From Camelus ferus (Eukaryota), in NCBI RefSeq assembly GCF_009834535.1, contig NC_045704.1, positions 39,680,001 to 39,744,000 of the forward strand: a stretch of 64,000 bases of DNA, given 5' to 3'. This document shows, one piece after another, positions 1-11,810 of this stretch. Position numbers and translations under genes: made by a program. How positions within the stretch are numbered: position 1 is the first letter of the stretch; each line of letters starts with the position of its first letter. The notes under the pieces are model-generated. The model did no database searches. It had not been told where the DNA came from and saw only the letters and a list, made by a program, of their open reading frames with translations.

Positions 1-689
1 TCTCTGACACATTGACAATAAACAGATATGGACTTGGCCATTAAGATGTAGAAATCATAAAAATGAGACAGAAATAGCAGCTTCCCTGTTCATCGTTTAT
101 TAGCAATTAAGATTAAGCGTTCTATATTTATTGTAAGTGGTAATAGTCCTTTAAAGTCATCGTACACTGATCTGAATGAAAAGATGGATTAGGCAAGTTT
201 TCTGCCCTAAATAAGTTGATCAAATAAGGAGAAAATAAAAAGAAAGAAAAAAAAATACATAGTATTTCGCAGTTCCTGTTTACATGTCAGAATTTAAAAG
301 AAGTACAAACATGAAGGTGTTTTTGCTTGTTTGTGGGTTTCTTTCTATGGCGACGGTGACGGTGATGGTAGAGAGATAACTTCCTGCTGGAAAGCCATAA
401 AAGGTTCCCTAGAGAAAGTGTCACTTTAGCCAGCCACAGAGGAGTGATTTGATTTTGACACGAAGGAAAAAATAAATAAGAGTAGGATTCCTTGCAGAAG
501 AGATAGACAAAGTGGAGTCCTGGCAGGAGAAATAACATGAGTAAGATGTGAAGACCTGAAATCAATTCTGATTTGCCATTGCAATGATGTATTGCTTTGC
601 AACCAAAGCTATACTGCAGGCTGAAAAAGAAGAGATCAAATGAAGCCAAGTTATTTACCTAATTCTGGCCTTCAATTTATATCCCTACT

Positions 690-712
690 TGTGTGTGTGT
701 GTGTGTGTGTGT
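690..712. repeat. (TG)11 microsatellite
   Basis: Read directly. Confidence 0.95.
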
Positions 713-1628
713 TTTTTAAATGTATCACATCATGTTCACCTGCTTGTAATTTATGTGAATTTGCTGCGTAGCATGTACCCTTGTAGGCTGTCTTAAATGC
801 AATTTGAAACAAACTAGAGTACAATACATTACATACAAAAGAGTGACTTCTATACTTTGGCTTGTTGGATCCTACCTACTATTTTTGTCAGACAAGAAGG
901 AGCCCTTTTATTATAGTAAAAAGTCTGGGAACAGGGATTTCCTGTATCAAAGCCAGAGTTTGGGGATAGATAAGCAAATTCAAAAAAGGGAGGAAAAAAG
1001 GTAAAAAAAAAAAATCATGTTTTGAAAAATATACTGTTCTGTAAAGTATAATGGCTCAGAAAAAGTGGGAGTGAGCCACTGGCGATAGCAATGCTTCTTT
1101 AACAAGCTCAGTTAAAGGAAGATGGTCACAGCACAGAAGCCTCAGGTAACTGCAGTTTCCTGATCCACTCTCCACTCACCCCACCAGCTCAGCCCACTAT
1201 CTGGCCGGACTGCAGACCTAGACTGCTTCCTACTTCCCTGTGTGCCGCATCTGCATGTGAATACACACAAACACATAATTAAACATCAAGCAAGCATCAA
1301 TAGGATTAGCCTGGCATGTTGGAACAAATCTTGATAAATCCGCCTCAGTAACAATACTCGAACCACACGTCTATGAGAGGAATACAAATGCAGCCTATTG
1401 AAGTACTGTTGTGTAAGGAGAGAGCGTTTAATAAAAACTGCTTCGGCGGTTCCTATTACTAAGCGACTAAAGCTATTGAGCTGTGGAGCTGAGGCCAAAA
1501 ACGGGGATTTGGAAATGCAAATGAGAGATAAGACGGTAATAAATGCCTTTTATTCAGCCACACGCTGCCCTTGATGCCAGGAACTATTTTAAAGATGACT
1601 CTTAATCGTACTATGAAATTGGAAACAT

Positions 1629-1634
1629 ACTTAC
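1629..1634 (-). promoter_or_regulatory. CDH8: 5' splice donor of the CDH8 exon (G|GTAAGT)
   Basis: Plus-strand ACTTAC at 1629-1634 is GTAAGT on minus, directly after TTG G; perfect U1 consensus, phase 1. Confidence 0.95.
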
Positions 1635-1929
1635 CCAAAATGGACATCTCTGGCACCGTCGCATGGTAGGGGCCATTGAGAAACTCTGGTGCGTTGTCAT
1701 TGATGTCTTGAACTTTAATAATAAATTCAGAAGGAGGCTCGAGAGGCTTATTTGTCTCCCAGTCCACTGCCTGAGCTGTGAGGGTGTACTCAGCCTTTTC
1801 CTCTCGGTCAAGTCTTTTTATAGCATGGATATCTCCTGTTATGTCATTTATTTGAAAGATGGTCCCAGCTCCATCGCCTGATAGGATGTATTTGATTTTT
1901 TTGCTCCCAGGATCCAGGTCCGTGTGCAG
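1635..1929 (-). CDS. CDH8: Cadherin-8 internal coding exon (orthologous to human exon 3; most of EC1 and start of EC2)
   Basis: Reverse-strand translation is [98 protein letters not shown]+G (98 codons + 1 nt = 295 bp). It has the cadherin Ca2+ motifs LDRE and DINDNAP and, from recall, matches CDH8 rather than CDH11/6/10 (DPGSKKIKY, [17 protein letters not shown], [15 protein letters not shown]). Bounded by AG (1931-1930) and GT (1634-1633). The track ORF 1459..1767 starts at an internal GTG (Val) and runs past the donor. Confidence 0.97.
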
Positions 1930-1957
1930 CTAAAATGAAAAGTGACACTGGTTAGTG
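1930..1957 (-). promoter_or_regulatory. CDH8: Branch point, polypyrimidine tract and 3' splice acceptor
   Basis: Minus strand reads CACTAACcagtgtcacttttcattttAG|CTG CAC. CACTAAC (1957-1951) is a near-perfect branch consensus with the branch A at 1952, 23 nt before the exon. Confidence 0.85.
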
Positions 1958-2158
1958 ATGCAGCGATTTGCAAAGTATGTTTTAGCTACTGCATACTTGA
2001 ATGTAAGATTGTTTCTTTCTACACTAATTGTCACTTCATCAAGTTCTGCCTAACAGTAGCTGTACAAAGAGTTTATGCAACTGTCTACATATCAAGTAAA
2101 GTAAAATATAATGAAATTCAGACAAATAAGTTAGAACACTTAAAAAAAAAATGCTGAC

Positions 2159-2353
2159 CTGTTCAGTATAAACTGACATGCATTTGAAATGATTAAAAAA
2201 AGATCAAGGAGAAAATACAAAAATACATGCATTCTTTTCAATTTATTAATACATTTACTGTTCAGTATAAACTGATATGCACTTAGAATAATAAAAAGAT
2301 CAAGGAGAAAATGCAAAACTGTATGTGTTCTTTTCAATTTGTTAATATATTTA
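2159..2353. repeat. Two-copy tandem duplication (99 bp + 96 bp)
   Basis: Both units start CTGTTCAGTATAAACTGA (2159 and 2258) and share GATCAAGGAGAAAAT and TTCTTTTCAATTT; 13 substitutions plus a 3-nt indel by manual alignment. Confidence 0.95.
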
Positions 2354-3934
2354 TTAACAGGGATTTCCTGTAATAAGTTATTATTGTCAGCTACCTTTTA
2401 TGGATTACTATCTCTGTGCCAAGAACTACATGAATCAGTTCTCATATGATAATTCCCTTGATCTTTTCTAAAACTCAATGAGTTAGAATATTTCATAGGA
2501 ACCATGAGAAAAGGGAAGTTTGAGAAGGCACATCATAACATCTCCAAGGTTTACATTTGATAGAATCAAGTGTAGTCACCAAAATTCAACTCAGATCTGC
2601 CTTCTATATTTATAAAAACAGAAATAATTATAATAATCTGACATAGTCAGATCTTATGTGTGTGTGAGGTTTTTTAAAAAATTTGATCTGTCCAATTCTT
2701 TTGGTCCAGGAACATTATGCCCATTTTATAAAGAAGACAACTGAGGCCAGAAGATGGGAGCACATTTTCCAGAAATGGGACTTCTTTGAAAAATAAAAAC
2801 TTTGCAGCAGGAATCCAAATCCATCTCAGATCACGGCAACAAATATTTACTGAACACCTACTCTGCCCAAAACATTTTGGTAGGAACTGGGGAAAACAGA
2901 ATCCCTGGCTATCAAATTTTTAGTTTTCTTGCAAGAGGGAGACAGGCGTGTTGGTGCTTTTCCTTTACACTATGTTGACTCCTGTTAAAAGACTAAAATA
3001 AAATAAGAATATATATATATTTTAGTTTGCATTTTTAAAACAAAAACTCATTATAGTTGCAAAATACTGCTTAAATGCACATATTTTCAGTTTAACTCAG
3101 GTGTTTAAATGCCAATACAGTTACAGTTCTTGCACCATGAGATTTCAAATAATTTTCCTTTAAAAAAAATACTGGGGGAAAAAAGATGTCTCATGGAAAG
3201 AAACTCCTAGAAACTGCAAAGACTCATTGAGTTCTCTTGGGATCACTTTATTCAGAACAGGCTCTGTTGCTTTCTTTGCCAAGTTAAATTGTATTTAGCG
3301 CCTCAATAAACGAAAAGAAAAGATTATAAAAAAGACACAAAATAGCAACAAAGCATCCAAATACATCTACATCTCCTATTTTTCTTTTGACTATTTTAAA
3401 AAGTTAAAGCATAAGATTACATCAAATATTTATTGAATCTCAAAATGTATCCCTTTCATTTATTGTATTAAAGTCACTGACAAGAGCAAATATTGAAATG
3501 CCACTTTATCTTAATGAATGTGGGATTATAATTCATTAATGTGATATTAATCCTAATTTATGATCATTTTAATTTATGTGCATTTTAACATTTCCATTAG
3601 CATTTTTATTAAAAAAGAGAAAATCTGAATAATAAATGATTCACGGACATTTTCATTCAAATACAAGGCATGCCTGAGACACAGAAGGTATTGGTACGTG
3701 TCACTCTTGCCCTTAACATTTCTGGTATCAAAAATCAAGCCATTCAAAATGGTGTTATTATTGTTATGTTAGAATTTATTTGTACCATATTTTCCTGACA
3801 TTTATCAATAGCTCTGATTAGTAAATCAGATCATATTCTTAGGTTTTGATGTTCCTTTGTGTTTAGAAATAACTGAGGGAGAAGGGAATAGCATAGGTTT
3901 TTGAAAAACACAAAGCTGAGACAGGTCTCTAACC

Positions 3935-4110
3935 ATATGAACTGATGAAATTAATCCATTCATTTCAGCTTCCATTACTTTGTCTCTAATATGGAGATAA
4001 AACATCTATTTGGCAGAATTGATTTTAAAATCTGAAATGATCTATTTGAAAAATAGAGAAAAGTGGAAGTTGACATATTAAGTGTGCAATAACTAAAACC
4101 GTTATTATTA
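3935..4110 (+). mobile_element. Degenerate MIR SINE
   Basis: MIR core-like ...tctaatatggagataaaaca... and a 3' end gtgcaataa...gttattatt; boundaries approximate. Confidence 0.55.
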
Positions 4111-4928
4111 CATACCATCCTCAACCACACACAACCATCTGAAGGCACTTGTAATAAAGCCCAGTTGCAAGGTTAGTGAAAACAAGTTCCCAAGACGCCA
4201 TCATGAAAAAAAACAAGGTGGGTGGGGAAACTCTTAGTAAACACTGTGTGCTTCCTCTTTCTTTTGGAAATTCCTTTTTTAGCCAGTCTCAGTAAAATCC
4301 AGAGCCCTGGGCTAATGGTAACCTTGAAACACAGTATTGCATTTCTGTATGCTTGATTCCCAAGCTCAGCCCAGCATCAATGATCTGTCTCATCAAAAAC
4401 CAGATGAATCCCTCTGGTCACTCACAACAGGCTGGTTGGAGAAGTCAGGCATGCAGAGTTCACATTAAGTCATAGATTTCAAGGATCAAAACAGGACCAC
4501 TACATAAATGCGCTGAATTGTGAGTATAAACAGAATTACACTCTCACTATCTTTCATATATTGGCATGTTACCCCCTAATTAAAATACAAGTTTAAACTC
4601 TAAAAGCTATGGGGAAAAAGCGTTTGCATCTTTACTTTCCTTCATATTCCCACCACCTAGTGAGGTGTCTGTCATGTTGTTGGAGCTGAAAACAATATGT
4701 GTGGAGTAAGATGAATGGGAAGGAAGGGAAGGAAACAACATTTTCTCATTTTCTTTTCGAAAGAGTGATTTAAAGAAGAGAGCAAAGGAACCTAGAAATG
4801 TCAGGCCCAGTGAGCTAAGATCGTATCCACTCTATGTGCCGAGCCCTTGAGTTCCCTCAAATATGCATCCAAATTTAGCTCCAGGTATAACAACTGAGAC
4901 ATAGTAGAGGGAACATTGGAGGAAGACG

Positions 4929-4986
4929 GATGGGTGGACGGACAGATGGATGGGTAATGGATGAATAATAGATGGATGACAGATGA
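4929..4986. repeat. Degenerate (TGGA)n low-complexity tract
   Basis: gatgggtggacggacagatggatgggtaatggatgaataatagatggatgacagatga. Confidence 0.85.
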
Positions 4987-7076
4987 CAAGTGTCTGATAT
5001 TCACACATCACTGTTCACAGAATATAAGCCCTCCTGAACCCAACCGTCAGTATCACCTACATATCTGTCAAAAAAAAAAAAAAAAGGTACAAACTGCTTT
5101 TCCACCTTCTCCTACAGGATCCCCAAGGACACTAAAGTACTCCTAGGGCAGTAGAGCTTAGAGAAGATAAATTTTCCTCTGAGTGCCTATTATAACACCA
5201 AAGAACGAGTTCACTACCATGCTGTCCGCCTTCTCCTGAAGAGTAAGTGATGAGGAACGGGATTAAGTGAACTAAAGTCAGGTAGCTCTGACATCAGAAC
5301 TTAACTCTGACGTTCCATTCTATCCAAGATCCTAGGAGAGTTTCTCTCTGTCTTCCTCTAGAGAATTATCAAAGTTACTGGAAGAGAACCAGCACCTCTT
5401 GGAACCCAAAGGGGTTAACAGGGATCACTACAACATGAATCTCTATTACTTACTGATTCCTGTTTTTCACAAATTTCTTTCCCTTGGAAAGAATAGCAAG
5501 CTTAGCACACCTAAAAAAAATTAAATCTTACACTATATTCTCAGTATCTAGTACCTGCCTTTCAGGGAGATATTATGTAGTGGCTATCAATCAGCAAACG
5601 GATGGAAAATCTAATCATTAAGTCATAACCAGTTAATATCAAAGATGGGACCAGAGACTTGACACAATATGAGGTTTTGACCTAAACAATCAGAATGCAG
5701 GACTTCACTCTTGATCAAGCACATTCAGGCTGTTAGGAGCGTGAAAAGGCAAGTAAAGCGAAAGAGAAAGAGGGTGTAAGAAAAGAGTAGTTTTCATGTT
5801 TCTGAATTGCTCTCCGCAAACAAGGACCAGGAGTTTGAGTTGAAATCTACTTATTTTAACTTGTAGTTTTAGCCTTCTTGTGCACTGCAGAACACCTCAC
5901 CAAAGATGCTCACCAAACTCGAAATGGACCATTCAGGAAAGAGTCTGCTTTCATCGTTGTATTCAGGGAGAACTAGACAACCTCTTGTTCCTGATGCTCG
6001 GCCACGGTGGGAGATGGAGTAGGTGGAGTGAGGATGTCACGATGGACTCCACAACCTGTAAGGTGCCTTCATATGCTGAAAGGGCGTACCACTTCAGCAA
6101 GTCTAAATAACTCCTTCATCCAGTCACTCCATTCTTAACAAGGTGCGGAAACAAACTAGATCAGAAAACTAAAGCTAGGAAATAGACTAAAAGCACCGAA
6201 GCATATTAGTAAATCAAGTTGGGAATATACCATTTACTCTTGTGATTATACACTCTGAGGAAGTAATTCAGTGAAATAATAACAGCCTTCAAAGTAATTA
6301 TCTTATAAACCAAGTTACCCTCAAATTTGTCTTATGGGGCAAAAGGCTAAAGAAGATGTAATCCCTGATTAAAAGAACAGAAGAGCGTCCTGCACTGGAA
6401 GTGACTTCTGCTTCAAAAAAAAATTAAAAAATTCCAACGGGTTACAGCAGGCAAACATCTAGCACCCTGATGGCCTCCAATGTGTGTTCTCTGCCTCCTG
6501 TGTCAGCTGGTGGTGTGAGCGTTCAACAGCTTGACCTGGCCAAGGGGGCTGGTGCCCAAAGAAACAGAAAATTGGAAGCAAGTCTGAGTGAATTGCTGTG
6601 TTTGGCGGTGGGAACCTGAAAATAGTCAGAATTAGGAATGCATTACTTGTGCTACCCTTTTAAACAGTGAGTTTCCTAAAGACAGGCCTCTAGCTACACT
6701 CTAGGTAAGTTATTCAACAATCTCCCCAACAGCAGGCATTGCACAGAGTACACAGTAAATGCTCATTAAAGCCTAACTGTTTTGTTTGCACAGAGCCTAT
6801 CTTAACATCCTGCACCTTGTCGGTGAGTTTACAAGGATGAGGGGCACGGGTTCAGTAAATATATTGACTTTCTCAAGCTCATACAATTCACAAATAACAG
6901 AATCAGGTGTAACTCAGTAAATCAGATTTCAGAGCATACACGTTTTAGCTTAATTCAACAGAGACTCCCGGGAAAATATAACTAGTTAGTCTGGGAGCCT
7001 CCCCTTTCAGTAGATGAGAAGGAGGCAGAATGGAGAAGGCTCTCTGTTTTGTCCCTAAATGGCAGTCAAGATTTAC

Positions 7077-7161
7077 TATATATATATATAAAAGATTATA
7101 TATATATTTATATACATATAAAAAATTATATATATATATATAAAATACACACACACACACA
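7077..7161. repeat. Interrupted (TA)n followed by (CA)n
   Basis: Read directly. Confidence 0.9.
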
Positions 7162-7944
7162 TAGAAGCCATTTGTATGAGACCATAGAGCACAGGCACAT
7201 TTTGTGAACTAGTTTATCCTATAAAAGTCTGAAATAGAATTGACATAGAAATAGAAAGGCAGTATGCTCAACTAATAGGAATGCAAACAGAAAATATTGA
7301 CAAGAAGAGGCTGGCAGGCTGTTTACCAAGAGACTTCCCAAGCCAACATTCATGACCTTGGCAAGTTTGCTACTATCCTCAGTCTGGACCACAGCTTTAT
7401 AGATTTGGAAACATGATGTGTCAGCCTTATAGCAAACCCATCTCTCTTAGCCAGACTCCAATAAAGAAAGTTTCCAAGTCTAATTTTTATTTTAAAGAAA
7501 GCAACGTATTGACGATAAACAGCATTTCAAGTATTCAAGCTATCATGATGAACAAAATTTCCCTTTATATAAAGACCCACACACAAAAGTGAAGCCAAAG
7601 CATCCTTGTTGATATGATTTAGAGAACGGAGCATTAGATGGACTAATTCCATAATGATGCCACAGGAAAAAATAGCTTAAGAATGCCCCTTCTATAAAAA
7701 CAGTCTTAAAAATGCTCTGAGAATGCTTAAATTCTGTATTCTCAGATTTTCTCTTTTCCTTTAAGTACTGAGAGACTTTTTAAGTAAGCAATCATATGAC
7801 AAAAGAAAAAAAGACAATTGAGTCCTCTCGACTGGACACATCTTTGCTTATGTATGTTGATAACAGCCTGGTTAATACATTAAATCTTCCAGGCTTGGTA
7901 GTCAATATGGTTCTCTAAGGGAACCAAAGATTTATAGAGCAGTA

Positions 7945-8170
7945 GTTCAGATTATAGGAACCAAAATGAGAGCCTGATAAGAAATAGGACAAACTGTAAG
8001 ATACTGAAGGATTTACTTAACCTCCCCCAAATGGTGTCCTTATTTGTAAAAATGTTTTAATAACAGTTTTAACAATGCTATCTATAGGGTTTGGGTCATG
8101 ATTAAAATGTGACAAAGACATGAGACAAAGGCATGGTATCTTCTAGGGACTAAAACATTTAAATAAAACT
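7945..8170 (+). mobile_element. Degenerate MIR SINE
   Basis: ttacttaacctcccc...tcctatttgtaaaaatg...tatagggttt...gattaaaatgtg resembles the MIR core; approximate ends. Confidence 0.6.
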
Positions 8171-8461
8171 GCATATAGGGTGGGTTCTTGTGGAGACTTA
8201 ATTTTGGAATTATACTGATAGGTTCTGCCAAACCTGGAACTGCTTTCCAAGAAAAATACGTCTAACAGCATATTCTGGGTCAGAATTTAACATGCAACAT
8301 TGCTTTGTAGTAAAATCTAAGAATGTCACTTCTTGAGTTAAACGATCTTGGGAAAAGCGGCTTAAACTCTTACACTGAGCACTTGTATTAGGCACATAAT
8401 CACATATTTGGTATTTATTCACTCACTCAGTAAGTAATGCCAGTAGATGTATCTAGAAGTT

Positions 8462-8526
8462 TTTACCTTTTTTTCAGCTTTAGTGATGTGTAATTGACAA
8501 AAAGCTGTAAGGTATTTAAAGTGTAC
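8462..8526 (-). mobile_element. Short old L1 (L1MA/MB-type) 3' end fragment
   Basis: ttttttcagctttagtgatgtgtaattgacaaaaagctgtaaggtatttaaagtgtac resembles the reverse complement of an L1MA/MB 3' terminus. Confidence 0.55.
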
Positions 8527-8674
8527 TTGGTTTTCATTTCTTGTTACACAGTAACAGTAAGCCTACAAGCAGAAGGAGGCTGGTCTACATGCATTGGGTC
8601 ATCGAGTAAATGCTTGTGTGTGCAAGAGTGTAGGTGAATAGTAATTGTGAACCTATTACTAAAAAGAAATTTAG

Positions 8675-8720
8675 GTGAATGGATCAAGGAGTGGATGGAT
8701 GGATGGACAGTTGGATGGAT
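8675..8720. repeat. Degenerate (TGGA)n tract
   Basis: gtgaatggatcaaggagtggatggatggatggacagttggatggat. Confidence 0.85.
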
Positions 8721-9091
8721 AAATTGACTGAAGATAGAACTGAGAAGGAAAATGGTTAGATACATGGTTTTATTGGGGAATGCATGTGCAAAAAGTAATG
8801 GATAGAGGGATGGCCGGTTGAGTGAGAGTCTCAGCTGTTTTTCCATTCAGGTTCCAATGCACATTGAACACTATGAACCAATATATGAATGAACACATGG
8901 ATGTACTGGTGAGTGGGTGGGCTGGAAGGACCACAGTTTCACTAAAAGATCGATTTGGGGAAAACATAACAAATTATTCTGTCTCAGAGCTCTATTCTTT
9001 GTCTTACACTAAAACAGACACAGTACTTACCCAGTATTTCTTAAATGAAGATCTTTGGTGCATATTTAATTTTCAACTAAATGAACACTCT

Positions 9092-9229
9092 NNNNNNNNN
9101 NNNNNNNNNNNNNNNNNNNNNNNNNNNNNNNNNNNNNNNNNNNNNNNNNNNNNNNNNNNNNNNNNNNNNNNNNNNNNNNNNNNNNNNNNNNNNNNNNNNN
9201 NNNNNNNNNNNNNNNNNNNNNNNNNNNNN
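9092..9229. other. Assembly gap (138 N)
   Basis: Run of n. Confidence 1.
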
Positions 9230-10793
9230 TAAAGATATATGAGGGGAAATTTTTGTGCCACATAAATATACAAGGTAGTAATATGCAATGTAAGCAATGT
9301 GAATAGGACGGAAAAAAAAGAAGACACCAAACAAAAGAAGTAGATTTTAAACAGATATGGATATATAAAATAGATATTCAGGATATTATTCAAAGATCAA
9401 TTTACAGTGAAGAGTTCAGTTTTACTGTGGGAAAAAGGGAAAGCATTTAGGAATGCTGCATCAATGTTCTTCATGTCTGAAAAGAACTTGATTAATCAGA
9501 GTACTAACAGGAGCTGAAAATACGAGATAGATTTCTGATGTGGTGATCACGATTACTTGCTAAACAGGACGTATCTTGTTATCCAAAAATTGACAAGAAC
9601 ACAGTAGGAAAGAACACAGTGGATAACCAAATGACAGTCACCTACTCTTTCTGAAATTCTATATTTATAAAAGGACTGTGCAGTAACCAAAATGCCATGA
9701 ACTTGGAAGAACATTACAGTTTGAAATGAAATACATAAACCTGGGATCGAGAAGGCCATAGAATAGGGTGTGACATTGGCAATTCATTTTTCTTCTGTGA
9801 TCAAAAAGCCTGAAATAACGTAGCTGTGTTGCCCAGTCCTACCCCTTGAGCATTATAAACTGTCTCATGCAGAATCTTGCTAAGAAAGTAGAGGGTCATG
9901 ACCAAAGCTCAGATTTTACAGAAATAATCACATTTTCAAGTTTGACTACTCAAAGAGTGGATGAATGGATTGATGGATGGATAAATGTGTTGACAAAAGA
10001 ATTAAGAGGAAGAGGGTGGTTAGGTAAATGATTTTGTTGGAAAATGAATGGGTGCACAAAAGAGTGGATGAGAAGACGGCTAACTAAACAGATTCAAAAA
10101 CACCTTTTCTTTTAGATAAACGATAATCCAAGACCTGGTTTGATTTTAGTGAATATGATTTTCAATAAGTCACTTAAAACTTCCCTTTTTTAGCTTCTTT
10201 AGTTAAAAAGATACTAACAAGGCTATTAGCACCATTATTCAAAAAAATTATCTGTTGTTAGGACAGCATATATGTAAAAGTCATTTTTCAATTTTGGGTT
10301 TTTTTTTTCTTTAAACTCCTCCTCTCCCAAGTATCAATCCTATAGTGAAGATTTGGAAACGGAATCTAATGTACTATCAACTTACCAGAAGTAGATGCTA
10401 ATAATATAGACTGCAATGCTATAAACAGGTGTCTGTTTAAGTGTGTGTGTGTTTCACCACTCCATCTCTGTTCTGACAGCAAAGTTTAGAAGCTGAAAAA
10501 ACACCAAACAGCAACACCAAGGAAACTTCAAGGAAATCCTAAAACCTCAAGATGCTGTTCCTTTTCACGCTATAAAATCATTAATCTCCTGCATTAATGA
10601 TAATCTTTTATGATGGAAATCAATTGTATTTTTTGTTTCTAAACAGAAACAAAAATAATCCTTCCAAGACTCCTGTTAGGAGCTGACTCGTTTCCCTCAA
10701 TAATGACGCATTAGATATTTATCTATAAATATCTTATAGATTCAAAACTGTGGTTGCAACTTGCAGTGAGGCTACTGATAGGTTACGTCTAGG

Positions 10794-11290
10794 TGTTGTA
10801 GACAGAAAAACTGCCCTCCAAAACATCCATGTCCTAGCTCCCAGAACCTACAAACATGTTACCTGTCAAAAGGGCCTTTGCAGACATGACTAATGTAAAG
10901 ACCCTGAAATGGGTAGATTATTCTGGATTATCCAGGTGAACCCAATCTAATTACATACATCCTTAAAAAAGAAGAACCTTTTCTGTTTGTGGCCAGAGGG
11001 AGGCATGACTGCAGAATAATGGTCAGAGAGATTCAAGCTCGCTGACTTTGAAAATGCAGGAAAGGGGCCACTAGCCAAGAAATGTGGGTGGCCTCTAAGA
11101 AGATTGAAAAGGCAAGGAAACAGATCCTCCCCTGGAAGCTCCAGAAAGGGACAGTCAGGCACCCTTATCTTAGTCCAGTGAGACCTGTGTTGGGCTTCTG
11201 ACCTACAGAATTGTAAGATAATACATTCATGTTGTGTTAAGCCACTATGTTTGTGATAATTTGTCACAGGAACAACAGAAAAGTAATATA
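10794..11290 (+). mobile_element. MaLR solo LTR, MLT1D-like
   Basis: About 500 bp, starting tgttgtagacagaa and ending aagtaatata. Typical internal motifs cctttgcagacatgact, gattatccaggtgaaccc, ggcctctaagaag...aaggcaaggaaacagatcctcccc, cttctgacctacagaattgtaagataat, ttaagccactatgtttgtgataatttgt. Confidence 0.9.
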
Positions 11291-11599
11291 ATATTCTCAA
11301 TCAGTGCAATTATAGAACTGTTGAAATGTTGGTAAGTTTACATATCAGGTAGCTAGTGATTGTGAGTAAACCTTATATCCTTCCTAATTATATCTTCCTT
11401 CCCTTATAAAATAAAGGGTATGAAACTGCTTTTCAGATGCTTTATAGCTCAGACAGCCTGTGATCATTTAGACACATCCTTCCCCTTTGCAAAGTTACTT
11501 TAATTTTTCAGTAGGCTACCATGGGCACTCCCTCAGCAAACACATGGTCACCCCAGCTGCCCAGGCACAGGGAAGGAAATTCAGGCATTTCCCCACGAA

Positions 11600-11810
11600 T
11601 ACTGAGAGCTTCCTTATCCTAGATATGTTTATTTTCTATTTCATTTAAGTATCACAACCACCCTATGAGCTACATACTAGACTCTTCAGTTTAGATTAAG
11701 AAACAAAGATTAGAATTTTAGACAATTGCTCAATACCTTACATAGCAAGTGAATCAGAGAAAGGATTCAAATCCAAGTCAATCCGCTTCCCAAGCTCATG
11801 TTCATTTTAT
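11600..11810 (-). mobile_element. MIR SINE
   Basis: cacaaccaccctatgag...cttacatagcaagtgaatcagagaaaggattcaaatccaagtc matches reverse-strand MIR. Confidence 0.7.

Larger units (their letters stand above)
1..1634 (-). other. CDH8: Start of the CDH8 intron downstream of this exon (intron 3 equivalent)
   Basis: Follows the GT donor; the next exon (TSVTNVTATDADD...) is not present in 1-1634. Confidence 0.85.

Noticed and set aside
5221-5240. REST/NRSE-like word (minus strand TTCAG...GGACAGC)
   Set aside because: The left half (TTCAGGAGA versus TTCAGCACC) and the spacing are wrong.
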